Shown here one piece after another: positions 1-8,661 of a stretch of DNA of 32,000 nucleotides. Position 1 is the stretch's first letter, and every line of letters begins with the position of its first letter. The stretch lies in contig CAZDMH010000014.1 of NCBI GenBank assembly GCA_964506755.1, positions 2,364 through 34,363 of the forward strand. Direction: 5' to 3'. The translations under genes were made by a program, and so were the position numbers. Origin of the DNA: an uncultured Spirochaetales bacterium (GTDB lineage: Bacteria > Spirochaetota > Spirochaetia > DAHUYW01). The notes under the pieces were generated by a model. The model made no database searches. It saw only the letters and a list, made by a program, of their open reading frames with translations, and was not told the DNA's origin.

Positions 1-11
1 ACCTGGGCCAT
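1..11 (-). CDS. First 11 nt (ATG GCC CAG GT...) of an unidentified CDS that leaves the window at the left edge
   Basis: ATG at 11..9 on the minus strand, with AAGGAG at 24..19 (7-nt spacing). A near-consensus promoter at 64..92 points toward it. The product cannot be named from 3 codons. Confidence 0.35.
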
Positions 12-63
12 AGTAATGCTCCTTGTTCGAAAGTGCAATCGGGTTCAGTCCACGATCGACGGA

Positions 64-92
64 AATATACTACCTTAGCCGGCACTTGTCAA
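64..92 (-). promoter_or_regulatory. Sigma70-type promoter: TTGACA - 17 nt - TATATT
   Basis: Minus-strand TTGACA at 92..87 and TATATT at 69..64, separated by exactly 17 nt. It lies in the 126-bp gap downstream of ricT, about 50 nt upstream of the ATG at 11. Confidence 0.55.
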
Positions 93-137
93 CCGATTCC
101 GCCATCGTGTGAATGCGCCGAGTCCGTCATTTGACCT

Positions 138-1082
138 TTATGGGTCCTCCCGGCCGTTATTCTCCGGAGGCACGTCAGCCGACCAGCGCTTCGATTCCGG
201 ATCATAGCGGAAGCTGTCGATAGGCAACGTGACGACCCCACCCTCTTGGCCGTTCAACACCACGGTGCCCGAAATCAAGTTGACATCTGAAACGAGATAA
301 TTCATCGAAGGTCCGATCACGACCGTACCGTGTTTCGGAAACCTTCCTCGCTCCCGAGAATAGAAATCGTACTCATAGGAGAGGCAGCACATGAGGCGAC
401 CGCACGGCCCGGACACCTTCATCGAACCGAGGGAAAGGTTCTGCTCTTTCGCCATTTTTATGGAAACCGAGCACATCTGATTAGGAAACGAATGACAACA
501 AAGCACTCGGCCGCAGATACCGACGCCTCCGACAAGCCTAGTTTCATCCCGAACACCGATCTGCCTGAGCTCGATCCGCATCCGGAACGTCGCGACGAGA
601 TCCCGCACGAGCTCGCGGAAATCGACCCTACCGTCAGCCGTGAAAAAGAAGAGGAGCTTGTTCTCTTCTGGAAGAACATGAGCGCTCAGGACTTTCATTT
701 TCAGCCGATGGGTATCGACCTTTCGACGACACGTCACGAGCGAGCTCGCCTCCAACTCTTCCGCCTTATCGTAGTCTGCGAGATCGTCCTCACCTGCGAT
801 TCGTAAAATGGGGAGTACCGTCTCAGAATCTCTCGCACAGCCTGGACCAATCGGTCCGAGGACGCGCGCAAGGTCCCTTCCATATCGGCTGGGCGCAATT
901 ACCTCTTGTCCCGGGCGAAGTGGCTGCTCCTCGTAGCTGCACACGGAAACCTCGCTCGTGTGGACAAAACGCACCAGATAGACAGTGCTATCCTGAACCG
1001 CGAACGGACAACCCTGTACCTGGATTTCCTCCTGGTTGCTGCCGCTTGATTCGGGGGATGCAGACGCACCATTACCCTTCAT
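138..1082 (-). CDS. ricT: PSP1 C-terminal domain protein, RicT/YaaT family (314 aa)
   Basis: ATG with AAGGAG 7 nt upstream. PSP1-like core KLLFFFTADGRVDFRELVRDL...RIELRQIGVRDE. Two Cys clusters (GICGRVLCCHSF, GPCGRLMCCLSYE) typical of YaaT Fe-S ligands. A yaaR homolog lies directly upstream, as in Bacillus. Confidence 0.85.
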   Translation of the reverse strand: MKGNGASASPESSGSNQEEIQVQGCPFAVQDSTVYLVRFVHTSEVSVCSYEEQPLRPGQEVIAPSRYGRDLARVLGPIGPGCARDSETVLPILRIAGEDDLADYDKAEELEASSLVTCRRKVDTHRLKMKVLSAHVLPEENKLLFFFTADGRVDFRELVRDLVATFRMRIELRQIGVRDETRLVGGVGICGRVLCCHSFPNQMCSVSIKMAKEQNLSLGSMKVSGPCGRLMCCLSYEYDFYSRERGRFPKHGTVVIGPSMNYLVSDVNLISGTVVLNGQEGGVVTLPIDSFRYDPESKRWSADVPPENNGREDP

Positions 1083-1129
1083 TCACACACTCCTTTCGTG
1101 GGTCTTGCGTCGGATGATCGATCGAATAG

Positions 1130-1618
1130 CTAGCTGAGGAGATCGATTAGCATGCCCGAGATCTCGTCGATTTGCTTGAGAATGTCGAGTTGCGTCCGTT
1201 GGTTCTGTATGATACCCGCGGCAAAACGCTCGAGCTTCTGATCGATCACTTTGATCAATGTGAAACGTTTGCGTTTGAGAACATTTGGACTTGATTCATG
1301 CTGCTCCACCGCGAGGGTGTTGCGCACGATATACGAAAGGAACTTCCTGACTGCCTTACGGTATTCACCAACGGCAGAAAGGTTGGCGTTTTCTTTGAGC
1401 TTTTCGCCGATTTCGTGGACGTTGTCGAGGAGCGTCTCGAGGTCTTCATCGCCTTCCGCAAGCCCGGAAAAACCGCTTGATACCGACGAAGACTCGCTGC
1501 TCGTCGTATCGAGCACCGTCGAGAATTGAGTCCGTTCGGCCGCTTTCTTGCCAACTTTGCGGCGATCCTTCTTCGAGGTCGGAAAGCTCGTCTCGACAAA
1601 GGGCTCTATCGGTTCCAC
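1130..1618 (-). CDS. yaaR: YaaR / DUF327 family protein (162 aa)
   Basis: Size, the K/R-rich N-terminal part, and the C-terminal LDILKQIDEISGMLIDLL resemble B. subtilis YaaR as I remember it. It is adjacent to ricT/yaaT. The only available start is GTG at 1618, which overlaps the bactofilin stop by 13 nt. Confidence 0.6.
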   Translation of the reverse strand: MEPIEPFVETSFPTSKKDRRKVGKKAAERTQFSTVLDTTSSESSSVSSGFSGLAEGDEDLETLLDNVHEIGEKLKENANLSAVGEYRKAVRKFLSYIVRNTLAVEQHESSPNVLKRKRFTLIKVIDQKLERFAAGIIQNQRTQLDILKQIDEISGMLIDLLS

Positions 1619-2094
1619 GACGTGAACTCTTCTTTGCCTTCCTCTTGTCGCTCCAAAGTCGCCTCTTGATAATCCGCTTCGGAGATATCGCCACGCTGCT
1701 CTTCCGCAACGGGAGTGACCTCAGCCTCCTCCGGCTGCGTGTCGGGGAAGTTCTTGCTGATGGTGCAATTGCCGTTCAGCACCACGCCTTCCTCCACGAT
1801 GAGCCTCGGAGTATTGATATTGCCAATTACCATGCCGGTGGAAAGGACAATTACCTTCTCTGAAGAGGAAATGTTGCCTCGAACAATGCCACCGACGACG
1901 ACGGTGCCCGCTTTGATCGTACACTCTGCACGCCCGTTTTTACCCACGAGAATCTTGCCATCGGTCGTGATCGAGCCGGTGAAATCTCCGTCAATACGGA
2001 GCAGACCGTTCAGTTTCAAATCGCCGCGGAACTCCGTCCCTTCGCCCACGATACTGTTGATGAAAGATCCGTCGGTTACAAAGTGGTCACTCAT
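1606..2094 (-). CDS. Bactofilin (DUF583/CcmA-type polymer-forming cytoskeletal protein, 162 aa) with an acidic C-terminal tail
   Basis: ATG start. Beta-helical repeat signature FRGDLKLNGLLRIDGDFTGSITTDGKILVGKNGRAECTIKAGTVVVGGIVRGNI...VIGNINTPRLIVEEGVVLNG. Begins 13 nt after the M23 peptidase stop. Confidence 0.85.
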   Translation of the reverse strand: MSDHFVTDGSFINSIVGEGTEFRGDLKLNGLLRIDGDFTGSITTDGKILVGKNGRAECTIKAGTVVVGGIVRGNISSSEKVIVLSTGMVIGNINTPRLIVEEGVVLNGNCTISKNFPDTQPEEAEVTPVAEEQRGDISEADYQEATLERQEEGKEEFTSWNR

Positions 2095-2107
2095 CGGAAA
2101 ATCCTAT

Positions 2108-3148
2108 TCAGTCCTGGCTGACCGGTATGGCCTGCGACTCCCTGTTGATATCCAAGTATCGCATCGGGTCTACCACTTCGGAGCCGAGTCGTATCTCAAA
2201 ATGGAGATGCGGGCCGGTCGAAAGGCCGGTGCTCCCCATTCTGCCTATCATCTGTCCTTGCTTAACTTCATCGCCCTCGTGCACATAGACTTGCTCCATA
2301 TGCGCGTATTTCGTGTAGAAACCGTAGCGGTGCCGGATCACCACGTAGTTGCCGAAGCCGAGTGCCTCGTACCGCTTCTCCACCACTTTGCCATCCGCGG
2401 CGGCGACGATAGGCACCCCGGGTCGGTATGCGATATCGACGCCCATGTGCAGGTACATCTGGTGGGTGAAGGGGTGTATGGCAGGACCGAAGTAGGTCGT
2501 CACTCTCCCCACCCCGCCTTGGACCGGCCACATCGTCGGCAGCTCGACGAGGAGCTTGCTGTGCGACTCAAATAGCGAGGTAATCTTCTCGAGTGAGCCC
2601 ACCGACCGGTTCATGAGATCAGTCAAGTTCTGCAGTTGGCTCTGTTCTTGAAGCATTCCCTGGCTCTGTTCGCTGATCTTGTTCAGGGACGCAAGATCGC
2701 CGCCGGCCGGGTTCGATGGGTTCGAGCTGTTGTCGAGACCAAGCGTGCCCATCGTCTTGTTGAGGGTGGTCTCGAAGACGCGGGAAACCTTGTTCAGATC
2801 GTTAACCTGGTCACGAAGAACTTCGAGACTTGCTTCGGTCTGATTCAGGTTCTTGGACCGATCGGCCAGCAGTCGCGACATGCCGCTGAAGTTGGTGCTG
2901 AACAGAAAGAAGGTAAAAAGGACCCCCGCGAGCAGAATACCGATGAATATGAGGGAAAATACGGAAATGCGGAAGTTGAAGATCTTCTTCTCTGAGTGGG
3001 GAATGAACATGACGGTGAAACGCTGTCGGCCAAGCACCATCATCCTGCGGAAGAAGCCGGAAACAACGTTGCCAAACGTTCGCGCTTGCTTCCCTAGGTC
3101 GTCCACCACCTGGTTTTCGAACTTCTTGTAGTGGTTGAGTGGCGACAC
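2108..3148 (-). CDS. Membrane-anchored M23/LytM family metallopeptidase with a coiled-coil spacer (346 aa)
   Basis: TM segment ISVFSLIFIGILLAGVLFTFFLF. C-terminal M23 motifs HMGVDIA (HxxxD) and GPHLHFEIR (HxH). GTG start at 3148 with GAGGA upstream. Confidence 0.85.
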   Translation of the reverse strand: MSPLNHYKKFENQVVDDLGKQARTFGNVVSGFFRRMMVLGRQRFTVMFIPHSEKKIFNFRISVFSLIFIGILLAGVLFTFFLFSTNFSGMSRLLADRSKNLNQTEASLEVLRDQVNDLNKVSRVFETTLNKTMGTLGLDNSSNPSNPAGGDLASLNKISEQSQGMLQEQSQLQNLTDLMNRSVGSLEKITSLFESHSKLLVELPTMWPVQGGVGRVTTYFGPAIHPFTHQMYLHMGVDIAYRPGVPIVAAADGKVVEKRYEALGFGNYVVIRHRYGFYTKYAHMEQVYVHEGDEVKQGQMIGRMGSTGLSTGPHLHFEIRLGSEVVDPMRYLDINRESQAIPVSQD

Positions 3149-3196
3149 GCTAGTTCCTCACCTGCATCCGAATGGCTCCCTGTTCAAATTATCGTC

Positions 3197-3225
3197 AGAC
3201 TATCACGCACCTAAACATTTGTCAA
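3197..3225 (-). promoter_or_regulatory. Candidate promoter for the M23-bactofilin-yaaR-ricT operon: TTGACA - 17 nt (ending gTGa) - TAGTCT
   Basis: Minus-strand TTGACA at 3225..3220 and TAGTCT at 3202..3197, with a TGn extended -10. It sits about 50 nt upstream of the GTG at 3148. Confidence 0.35.
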
Positions 3226-3232
3226 ATAAGGA

Positions 3233-3261
3233 TTGACGCACAGGAAAGTTCGTGGTAATGT
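3233..3261 (+). promoter_or_regulatory. Candidate divergent promoter toward tatD: TTGACG - 17 nt (ending TGg) - TAATGT
   Basis: TTGACG at 3233..3238 and TAATGT at 3256..3261. Its -35 element is only 7 nt from the -35 of the opposite-strand promoter. This would give a leader of roughly 200 nt before tatD. Confidence 0.25.
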
Positions 3262-3460
3262 TTCTCGGTGTAACTAGTGGCGTTTCCTGCGGCCAACTAT
3301 CACCACGCAAGGAATTATATATCATTTCACGGGTCGTGGCAGGGCTTGCGGAGTGACATGACCCCGGTTGGCGTCGTTCGGGTATGACCGGACGAATTCC
3401 AGACAAAAAAATCCCAGAGGATAGCACGAACGAGACTTCTTCTCTGAATTGGTAGGCAAT

Positions 3461-4234
3461 ATGCAGTTTTTCGATACGCATGCACACATCGGGCTGATCC
3501 ACGAAGACCCGATTGAACAGCTGATCATCACACAGGAAGCCCGGCAAGAGGGCGTGGAGCATATTGTCAGCATCTGCAACAATCTCCATGATTTCTTCCA
3601 GGTCTATGAGAATCTCGCGACGGCAACTCATGTCTACCATAGTATCGGCGTTTCTCCATCTGAAGTTGCGCATCCGGGAAAAGATTGGGAACTGAAAATC
3701 GAAAAGGGTGTCAAGCTCGACAGAATTGTCGCTATTGGAGAAATTGGACTTGATTACTACCGGAAGTTCGGAAACCGCGACGCCCAGATAGAGCTGTTCA
3801 TCCGACAGCTCGAGATCGCCGAGCGCCTGAGGCTGCCGGTCGTCATCCACAACCGGGATGCCGGCAGAGATGTGCTCGAAATCCTTAGAGAGAAGATTCC
3901 CGAACGCGGCGGTGTCCTGCACTGCTATTCGGAAGATTGGGAATACGCGAAAAAGGCGCTTGAGATCAACCTGTACATCTCATTCGCCGGGAATGTCACC
4001 TACCGAAACGCGAAGAACCTTCACGAAACCGCAGCCAATATGCCACTCGACCGAATGCTCATTGAATCGGAGAGCCCGTTTATGGTTCCGGCAGCCTATC
4101 GCGGGAAGAGAAACAAACCCGCTTACCTGCACGCGACGGCGGAGTTTATCGCAGAGCTGCGTGATGAACCGTTGGAGCAGGTCTCGGAGACTCTCTACCA
4201 GAACAGCCAGCGCTTTTTGGGCGTCTCAGACTGA
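3461..4234 (+). CDS. tatD: TatD family metal-dependent hydrolase/DNase (257 aa)
   Basis: N-terminus MQFFDTHAHIG, then EIGLDYY, VVIHNRDA, LHCYS and ESPFM. The ORF track begins at a TTG (3449), but the ATG at 3461 gives the canonical TatD N-terminus. Confidence 0.85.
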   Translation: MQFFDTHAHIGLIHEDPIEQLIITQEARQEGVEHIVSICNNLHDFFQVYENLATATHVYHSIGVSPSEVAHPGKDWELKIEKGVKLDRIVAIGEIGLDYYRKFGNRDAQIELFIRQLEIAERLRLPVVIHNRDAGRDVLEILREKIPERGGVLHCYSEDWEYAKKALEINLYISFAGNVTYRNAKNLHETAANMPLDRMLIESESPFMVPAAYRGKRNKPAYLHATAEFIAELRDEPLEQVSETLYQNSQRFLGVSD

Positions 4235-4235
4235 A

Positions 4236-4253
4236 GCCCTTTCCAAAAGGGGC
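4236..4253 (+). terminator. Hairpin GCCCUUU-CCAA-AAGGGGC immediately after the tatD stop. Possible weak terminator or attenuator; no U-tract.
   Basis: A 7-bp stem (one G-U pair) with a 4-nt loop, read directly from 4236..4253. It is followed by gcattcagaaaatc, not a T-run. Confidence 0.25.
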
Positions 4254-4332
4254 GCATTCAGAAAATCTCAGCTCGTCCCCCTCTCAGCCGTTGAACCGCC
4301 CTCGTATCTCTCGATGAGAGAGACGGCTCATC

Positions 4333-4362
4333 TTGACTGACGGATCGGCGAGGTGATAGTTT
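4333..4362 (+). promoter_or_regulatory. Candidate pur operon promoter: TTGACT - 18 nt (ending gTGa) - TAGTTT
   Basis: TTGACT at 4333..4338 and TAGTTT at 4357..4362. It shares the 8-mer GTGATAGT with the M23 operon candidate promoter. Caveat: only about 8 nt of leader would remain before the purF ATG at 4377. Confidence 0.25.
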
Positions 4363-4376
4363 TCCCTGTGGATGAT

Positions 4377-5765
4377 ATGGGGAAAAGTCTCGGGCATCAT
4401 TGCGGAGTCGTCGGCGTCTACGCAGAAACCGAACAGCCGATACCGGAAATGCTATTCTACGGGCTCTTTGCCCTTCAGCACCGTGGTCAAGAAAGCGCGG
4501 GGATTGCGTACCGTAAACCCCAGGAGATAGTTGTCTACAAGGATCTCGGAATGGTGTCCACTGTCCTCGCGCGCTACCTCGAGGAGAGCCGCCTGTCGAC
4601 GATCGGTATCGGACACGTTCGCTATTCAACCCTCGGCGGCAACCGAATCGAAAACGCACAGCCTATGCTGGTCAACTGCAACAAGGGAAGCATTGCACTC
4701 GCCCACAACGGCAACATTTCGAATACCATCGCGATCAAGGACAGACTCGAAGATGAGGGGTCGATCTTTCAGAGCACCTCAGACTCCGAGCTCATGCTCC
4801 ATCTTATCGCACGATCAAGGAAACCGGACTTCACAGAGGCGCTCCGCGAGATTCTCGTCTATCTCGAGGGTGCATTCAGCATGGTCTTGATCCACGACAA
4901 CTCGCTGGTCGCCGTCCGCGATCCAAATGGATTTCGGCCGCTGTACATCGGCTCGAAGGAGGGTGTGAACGTAGTGGCTTCCGAGACCTGCGCCTTGGAT
5001 ATCCTCCGAATTACGGATTATCGTTCCGTGAAGCCCGGCGAGATGATCACGATCGACGAGCGAGGAACCCGGAGCGAGATGTTCGCGTCGAAACCACGAA
5101 TCAGCCAGTGCGTTTTCGAGCTCATCTACTTCGCTCGGCCGGATTCCTACGTTTTCGATCAATCGGTGCATCTCATGAGAAAGAGGATGGGCGCGGCGTT
5201 GGCCAAATGCGATCCCTACGAAGGCGATATCGTTGTCTCTGTACCAGATTCCGGTAATAGCGCCGCTCTTGGATACGCCGAGGAGTCGGGGATTCCGCTG
5301 GAACAGGGCCTGCAGCGCAACCACTACGCCGGACGTTCGTTCATCATGCCGACCACAGCGCAACGCGAGCTCGCCGTTCGAATGAAGCTGCATCCGGTGA
5401 AATCGGTAATCACCGGTAAACGGGTAATCCTGATCGACGATTCACTCGTCCGCGGAACGACGAGCAGAACGCTCGTCAAACTCATCAAAGAGGCCGGAGC
5501 CAAGGAGGTCCATCTTCGCCTGACCTCTCCGGAGCTCAAACATCCCTGCTACTTCGGCATCGACATCCCAACCTCTGCGGAGCTCATCTCCAACAGCAAA
5601 TCGCCCAAGGAGATAGCGGAGTACGTGGGCGCAGACTCCGTGATTTTCCTTCCCATCGAGGAACTGGAGAGCTGCGTAGAGACGCCACGGGACTATTGCT
5701 TCGCCTGCTTTAGCGGCTCCTATCCGATCGACGTGACAAACAGCCGAGGAGGGCTCGCAGAATGA
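4377..5765 (+). CDS. purF: Amidophosphoribosyltransferase (glutamine PRPP amidotransferase)
   Basis: Propeptide followed by the Ntn nucleophile CGVVGV. PRPP-binding loop VILIDDSLVRGTTSR. C-terminal Cys cluster CYFGID...DYCFACFSGSYP. The start could be ATG 4377 or GTG 4353. The stop overlaps the purM start (ATGA at 5762..5765). Confidence 0.9.
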   Translation: MGKSLGHHCGVVGVYAETEQPIPEMLFYGLFALQHRGQESAGIAYRKPQEIVVYKDLGMVSTVLARYLEESRLSTIGIGHVRYSTLGGNRIENAQPMLVNCNKGSIALAHNGNISNTIAIKDRLEDEGSIFQSTSDSELMLHLIARSRKPDFTEALREILVYLEGAFSMVLIHDNSLVAVRDPNGFRPLYIGSKEGVNVVASETCALDILRITDYRSVKPGEMITIDERGTRSEMFASKPRISQCVFELIYFARPDSYVFDQSVHLMRKRMGAALAKCDPYEGDIVVSVPDSGNSAALGYAEESGIPLEQGLQRNHYAGRSFIMPTTAQRELAVRMKLHPVKSVITGKRVILIDDSLVRGTTSRTLVKLIKEAGAKEVHLRLTSPELKHPCYFGIDIPTSAELISNSKSPKEIAEYVGADSVIFLPIEELESCVETPRDYCFACFSGSYPIDVTNSRGGLAE

Positions 5766-6724
5766 AGCCCGGTAGCTATGCCCGCGCCGGCGTAGACATT
5801 GGTCGGGGCGATCGGTTCGTCGAGTTCATCAAAGGAATTCGCTCGCCTGCGGTTTCCAAAGGTATCGGCGGGTTCTCCGGCGCCTTCGAGGTGGATCCAC
5901 AGCGCTACCGACACCCTGTCTTTCTCACAACGACTGACGGGGTTGGAACGAAGCTGCTCGTTGCCCGCAGCCTCGCTCGTATGGACACAGTGGGAATCGA
6001 TCTAGTAGCGATGTGTGTGAACGACATACTCGTCTGCGGAGCCGAACCCGTTGCCTTCCTCGACTACATCGCGTGCGGACGCGTCGACGAGGCGACTCTC
6101 GAGGAGATTATGCGCGGCATAGTGACCGGGTGCGAGCTCGCCGGCTGCAGCCTCAGCGGCGGGGAGACTGCCGAGCTGCCCGACATGTACGCAGAGGGGG
6201 AGTTTGACCTTGCCGGTTTCGCAGTGGGCGTAGTCGAACGTGATAACCTCCTTCCGAAACAGCGTCAAATGAGAGAGGGCGATCTCGTCCTGGGGCTTCC
6301 TTCGGTCGGGATCCACTCCAACGGCCTGTCCCTTGCGAGAAAGGTGCTCCCGAAGAAAGAGACGACACTCTGGGCGGAGCTTCTCAAGCCGACGAAGATA
6401 TATGCCCGAGAAATGACAGCCCTCGCCAAGTCCGGGCTCGTCCTCGGTGCCGCCCATGTTACGGGAGGCGGGCTCGAATCCAACTTCGCACGCATCCTTC
6501 CGGAAGGTCTTGTTGGGAGCTTCGACTTTAGCTGGCCCGTGCCCGGAATTTTCGATCAAATTCAGCGCTTCGGAAGAATCCAAGATGGGGAAATGCGGCG
6601 TGTGTTCAACATGGGGATAGGTATCGCCTTTGTCGTGGCCGCTCGCGACCTGGCGGCAGTCGAACGCTTGGCAGTCGAGGCGGAATTCGAGATATTGAGG
6701 ATCGGGGAGCTCGCACGTGGCTAA
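5762..6724 (+). CDS. purM: Phosphoribosylformylglycinamidine cyclo-ligase (AIR synthetase)
   Basis: TTDGVGTKLLVA motif and PurM-typical length (320 aa). Coupled to purF by an ATGA overlap. Confidence 0.9.
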   Translation: MKPGSYARAGVDIGRGDRFVEFIKGIRSPAVSKGIGGFSGAFEVDPQRYRHPVFLTTTDGVGTKLLVARSLARMDTVGIDLVAMCVNDILVCGAEPVAFLDYIACGRVDEATLEEIMRGIVTGCELAGCSLSGGETAELPDMYAEGEFDLAGFAVGVVERDNLLPKQRQMREGDLVLGLPSVGIHSNGLSLARKVLPKKETTLWAELLKPTKIYAREMTALAKSGLVLGAAHVTGGGLESNFARILPEGLVGSFDFSWPVPGIFDQIQRFGRIQDGEMRRVFNMGIGIAFVVAARDLAAVERLAVEAEFEILRIGELARG

Positions 6725-7322
6725 CTTCGCGGTACTGGCGTCCGGAAACGGTTCCAATTTCCAGGCTCTGGCGAAGGCATTCGAGGAAGGGCCACATGCC
6801 CTCTGCTGTTTGATCTGCGACAAAGTGAACGCTCTTGTGATCCAGCGATCGAAAGCGATGGCGATTCCCGCGTTTGTCGTGAATTACGGCGGACGCGAAC
6901 GGCGGAAGGCCGAATTGGAGATACTCGAGGTGCTCCGCGCCCACAATGTTGACCTCGTTGTCCTTGCCGGTTTTATGCGTTTGCTTTCTCCCCTCGTCGT
7001 GGACGAATACGCCGGGCGGATCGTGAACATTCATCCCTCGCTCCTTCCGAAATATCCTGGGATCAACGCCATTGCCGAAAGCTACAATTCGAGAGATACT
7101 CGGGTCGGTATCACAGTGCATTGGGTCGATCATGGGATGGATTCCGGACCGGTGATCATTCAGAGATCGCTGAATCGAATACCAGGGGAATCGCTGGCAG
7201 AGCTGGAACGGCGCATACATGAGCTCGAGCACCGTACCTATCCTGAAACCGTTTTGAAACTCCTTGATCAATCGGAAAATCGAAAGCGGGCCGTGGGACA
7301 GGTCGAGAGGAGGACACAGTGA
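6717..7322 (+). CDS. purN: Phosphoribosylglycinamide formyltransferase
   Basis: N-terminus (V)ANFAVLASGNGSNFQAL, plus NIHPSLLPKYPG and HWVDHGMDSGPVI. GTG start at 6717 overlaps the purM end by 8 nt. Confidence 0.9.
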   Translation: MANFAVLASGNGSNFQALAKAFEEGPHALCCLICDKVNALVIQRSKAMAIPAFVVNYGGRERRKAELEILEVLRAHNVDLVVLAGFMRLLSPLVVDEYAGRIVNIHPSLLPKYPGINAIAESYNSRDTRVGITVHWVDHGMDSGPVIIQRSLNRIPGESLAELERRIHELEHRTYPETVLKLLDQSENRKRAVGQVERRTQ

Positions 7323-8575
7323 AAGCTCTTGTCTTGGGCTCGGGAGCCCGCGAGCACGCGCTCGCGTGGAAGTTCTCCAAGAGCAAGCGAATATCGGGGC
7401 TGTTCATTGCCCCGGGTAACGCCGGCACCGGCGAGTTGGGCGAGAATCTACCGGAACTTGATCCTCTGAACGCGGACGCGGTTGTTCGTACCTGTCGGGA
7501 ACGGAAGATCGATTTTGTTTTCGTTGGGTCCGAAGAACCTTTGTCCAGGGGCATCGTCGACCAGCTCACTTCGGAAGGAATTCGCGCCTTCGGGCCGACA
7601 GAGAAAGCAGCCCAACTGGAGTCCAGCAAGTACTTCGCAAAGCAGTTCATGCGGCGCCACAACCTTCCGACAGCCGAATCACGGGAGTTCGAAACAGAGT
7701 CTGAGTTCTCGAAGTATATGAGCTCCCACGAGGGACGTGTCGTAATAAAGAAGAGTGGATTGGCTGCCGGCAAGGGAGTCATGGACTCCGGCAACCGAGA
7801 TGACCTGTTGCGCTTTGGCAGGCAAATGCTGGCTGATGATCGCATTCTCGTCGAGGATTACCTCGTAGGATACGAGCTCTCGGTGTTCGCCCTGAGCGAC
7901 GGAAGCGACTGGGTCATGCTTCCCGTCTGCAGCGACTTCAAGAAGGCAGGTGAAGGAGACAAGGGCAAGAATACCGGCGGCATGGGAGCCGTTTGCCCGG
8001 TTCCGATCGTAGACTCCCGGTTGATGGAACGGATAACGACTGAGATCGTCGCACCTACGTTTCGCGGGCTCGTTGAAGACGGGCTTGCCTACAAAGGGGT
8101 GCTCTACTTCGGGTTGATGAACACATCGGAGGGGCCGAAGCTCCTGGAGTACAACGTGCGGTTTGGGGACCCCGAGGCCCAAGTTCTCCTCCCCCTCATC
8201 GAGTCGGACTTCGCGAACCTCATGGACGCAGTAATGGACGGTAAGCTTCGAGACTTTCCGCTTCGCATCTCCGACAAGTTTGCGTTGGGCGTTGTCATCG
8301 CGAGCGACGGGTACCCGGACCACTACAAGAAGGGCCACGTCGTTTCGGACATTCCAGGGTTTGCCGACGAGGAGGTTCTTGTCTTCCACGCCTCAACGCG
8401 GACGGACAAGAACGGCCGGTTGCTCACGGGCGGCGGGAGATGCTTCACGGTGGTCGGAATGGGAAGCAATCTCCTCAACGCAAACGTTCGCGCGTACGAG
8501 GCGGCAAAGCAGGTTCAATTCGACGGCAGTTGGTATCGACACGACATTGGCAAGAAGTTCTTCATCGACGAATAG
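7319..8575 (+). CDS. purD: Phosphoribosylamine-glycine ligase
   Basis: N-terminus (V)KALVLGSGAREHALAWK and an ATP-grasp body. GTGA start/stop overlap with purN, and GGAGGA 4 nt upstream. Confidence 0.9.
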   Translation: MKALVLGSGAREHALAWKFSKSKRISGLFIAPGNAGTGELGENLPELDPLNADAVVRTCRERKIDFVFVGSEEPLSRGIVDQLTSEGIRAFGPTEKAAQLESSKYFAKQFMRRHNLPTAESREFETESEFSKYMSSHEGRVVIKKSGLAAGKGVMDSGNRDDLLRFGRQMLADDRILVEDYLVGYELSVFALSDGSDWVMLPVCSDFKKAGEGDKGKNTGGMGAVCPVPIVDSRLMERITTEIVAPTFRGLVEDGLAYKGVLYFGLMNTSEGPKLLEYNVRFGDPEAQVLLPLIESDFANLMDAVMDGKLRDFPLRISDKFALGVVIASDGYPDHYKKGHVVSDIPGFADEEVLVFHASTRTDKNGRLLTGGGRCFTVVGMGSNLLNANVRAYEAAKQVQFDGSWYRHDIGKKFFIDE

Positions 8576-8661
8576 GCGAATCGCCTCTTGAGCAAGAGCA
8601 CGGCAGGCCGAACAGTGCGATGTACAAATAACAGAGAGACGAAAGACAAGTGGAGGGACGA

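Noticed and set aside
38-60. GGGTTCAGTCC T-loop-like sequence and a small hairpin near the left edge
   Set aside because: There is no complementary acceptor stem (the 5' acctggg has no cccaggt partner). It lies in the 5' UTR of the minus-strand gene that leaves the window.
1715-2575. 286-aa plus-strand ORF across bactofilin and the M23 peptidase
   Set aside because: It is a shadow ORF antisense to two genes with clear family signatures. Its Pro/Ser/Arg-rich composition is typical of the wrong frame in GC-rich DNA.
3203-3922. 239-aa minus-strand ORF overlapping the tatD 5' half and the intergenic region
   Set aside because: It is antisense to a TatD CDS with clear motifs. I see no recognisable domain and no RBS. 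Its upstream part would run through the divergent promoter region.
6002-8389. Series of minus-strand ORFs (6002..6823, 6606..7271, 7156..7845, 7679..8389) antisense to purM, purN and purD
   Set aside because: All are nested in the translationally coupled pur genes. None has recognisable motifs or an RBS. They are GC-driven open frames.
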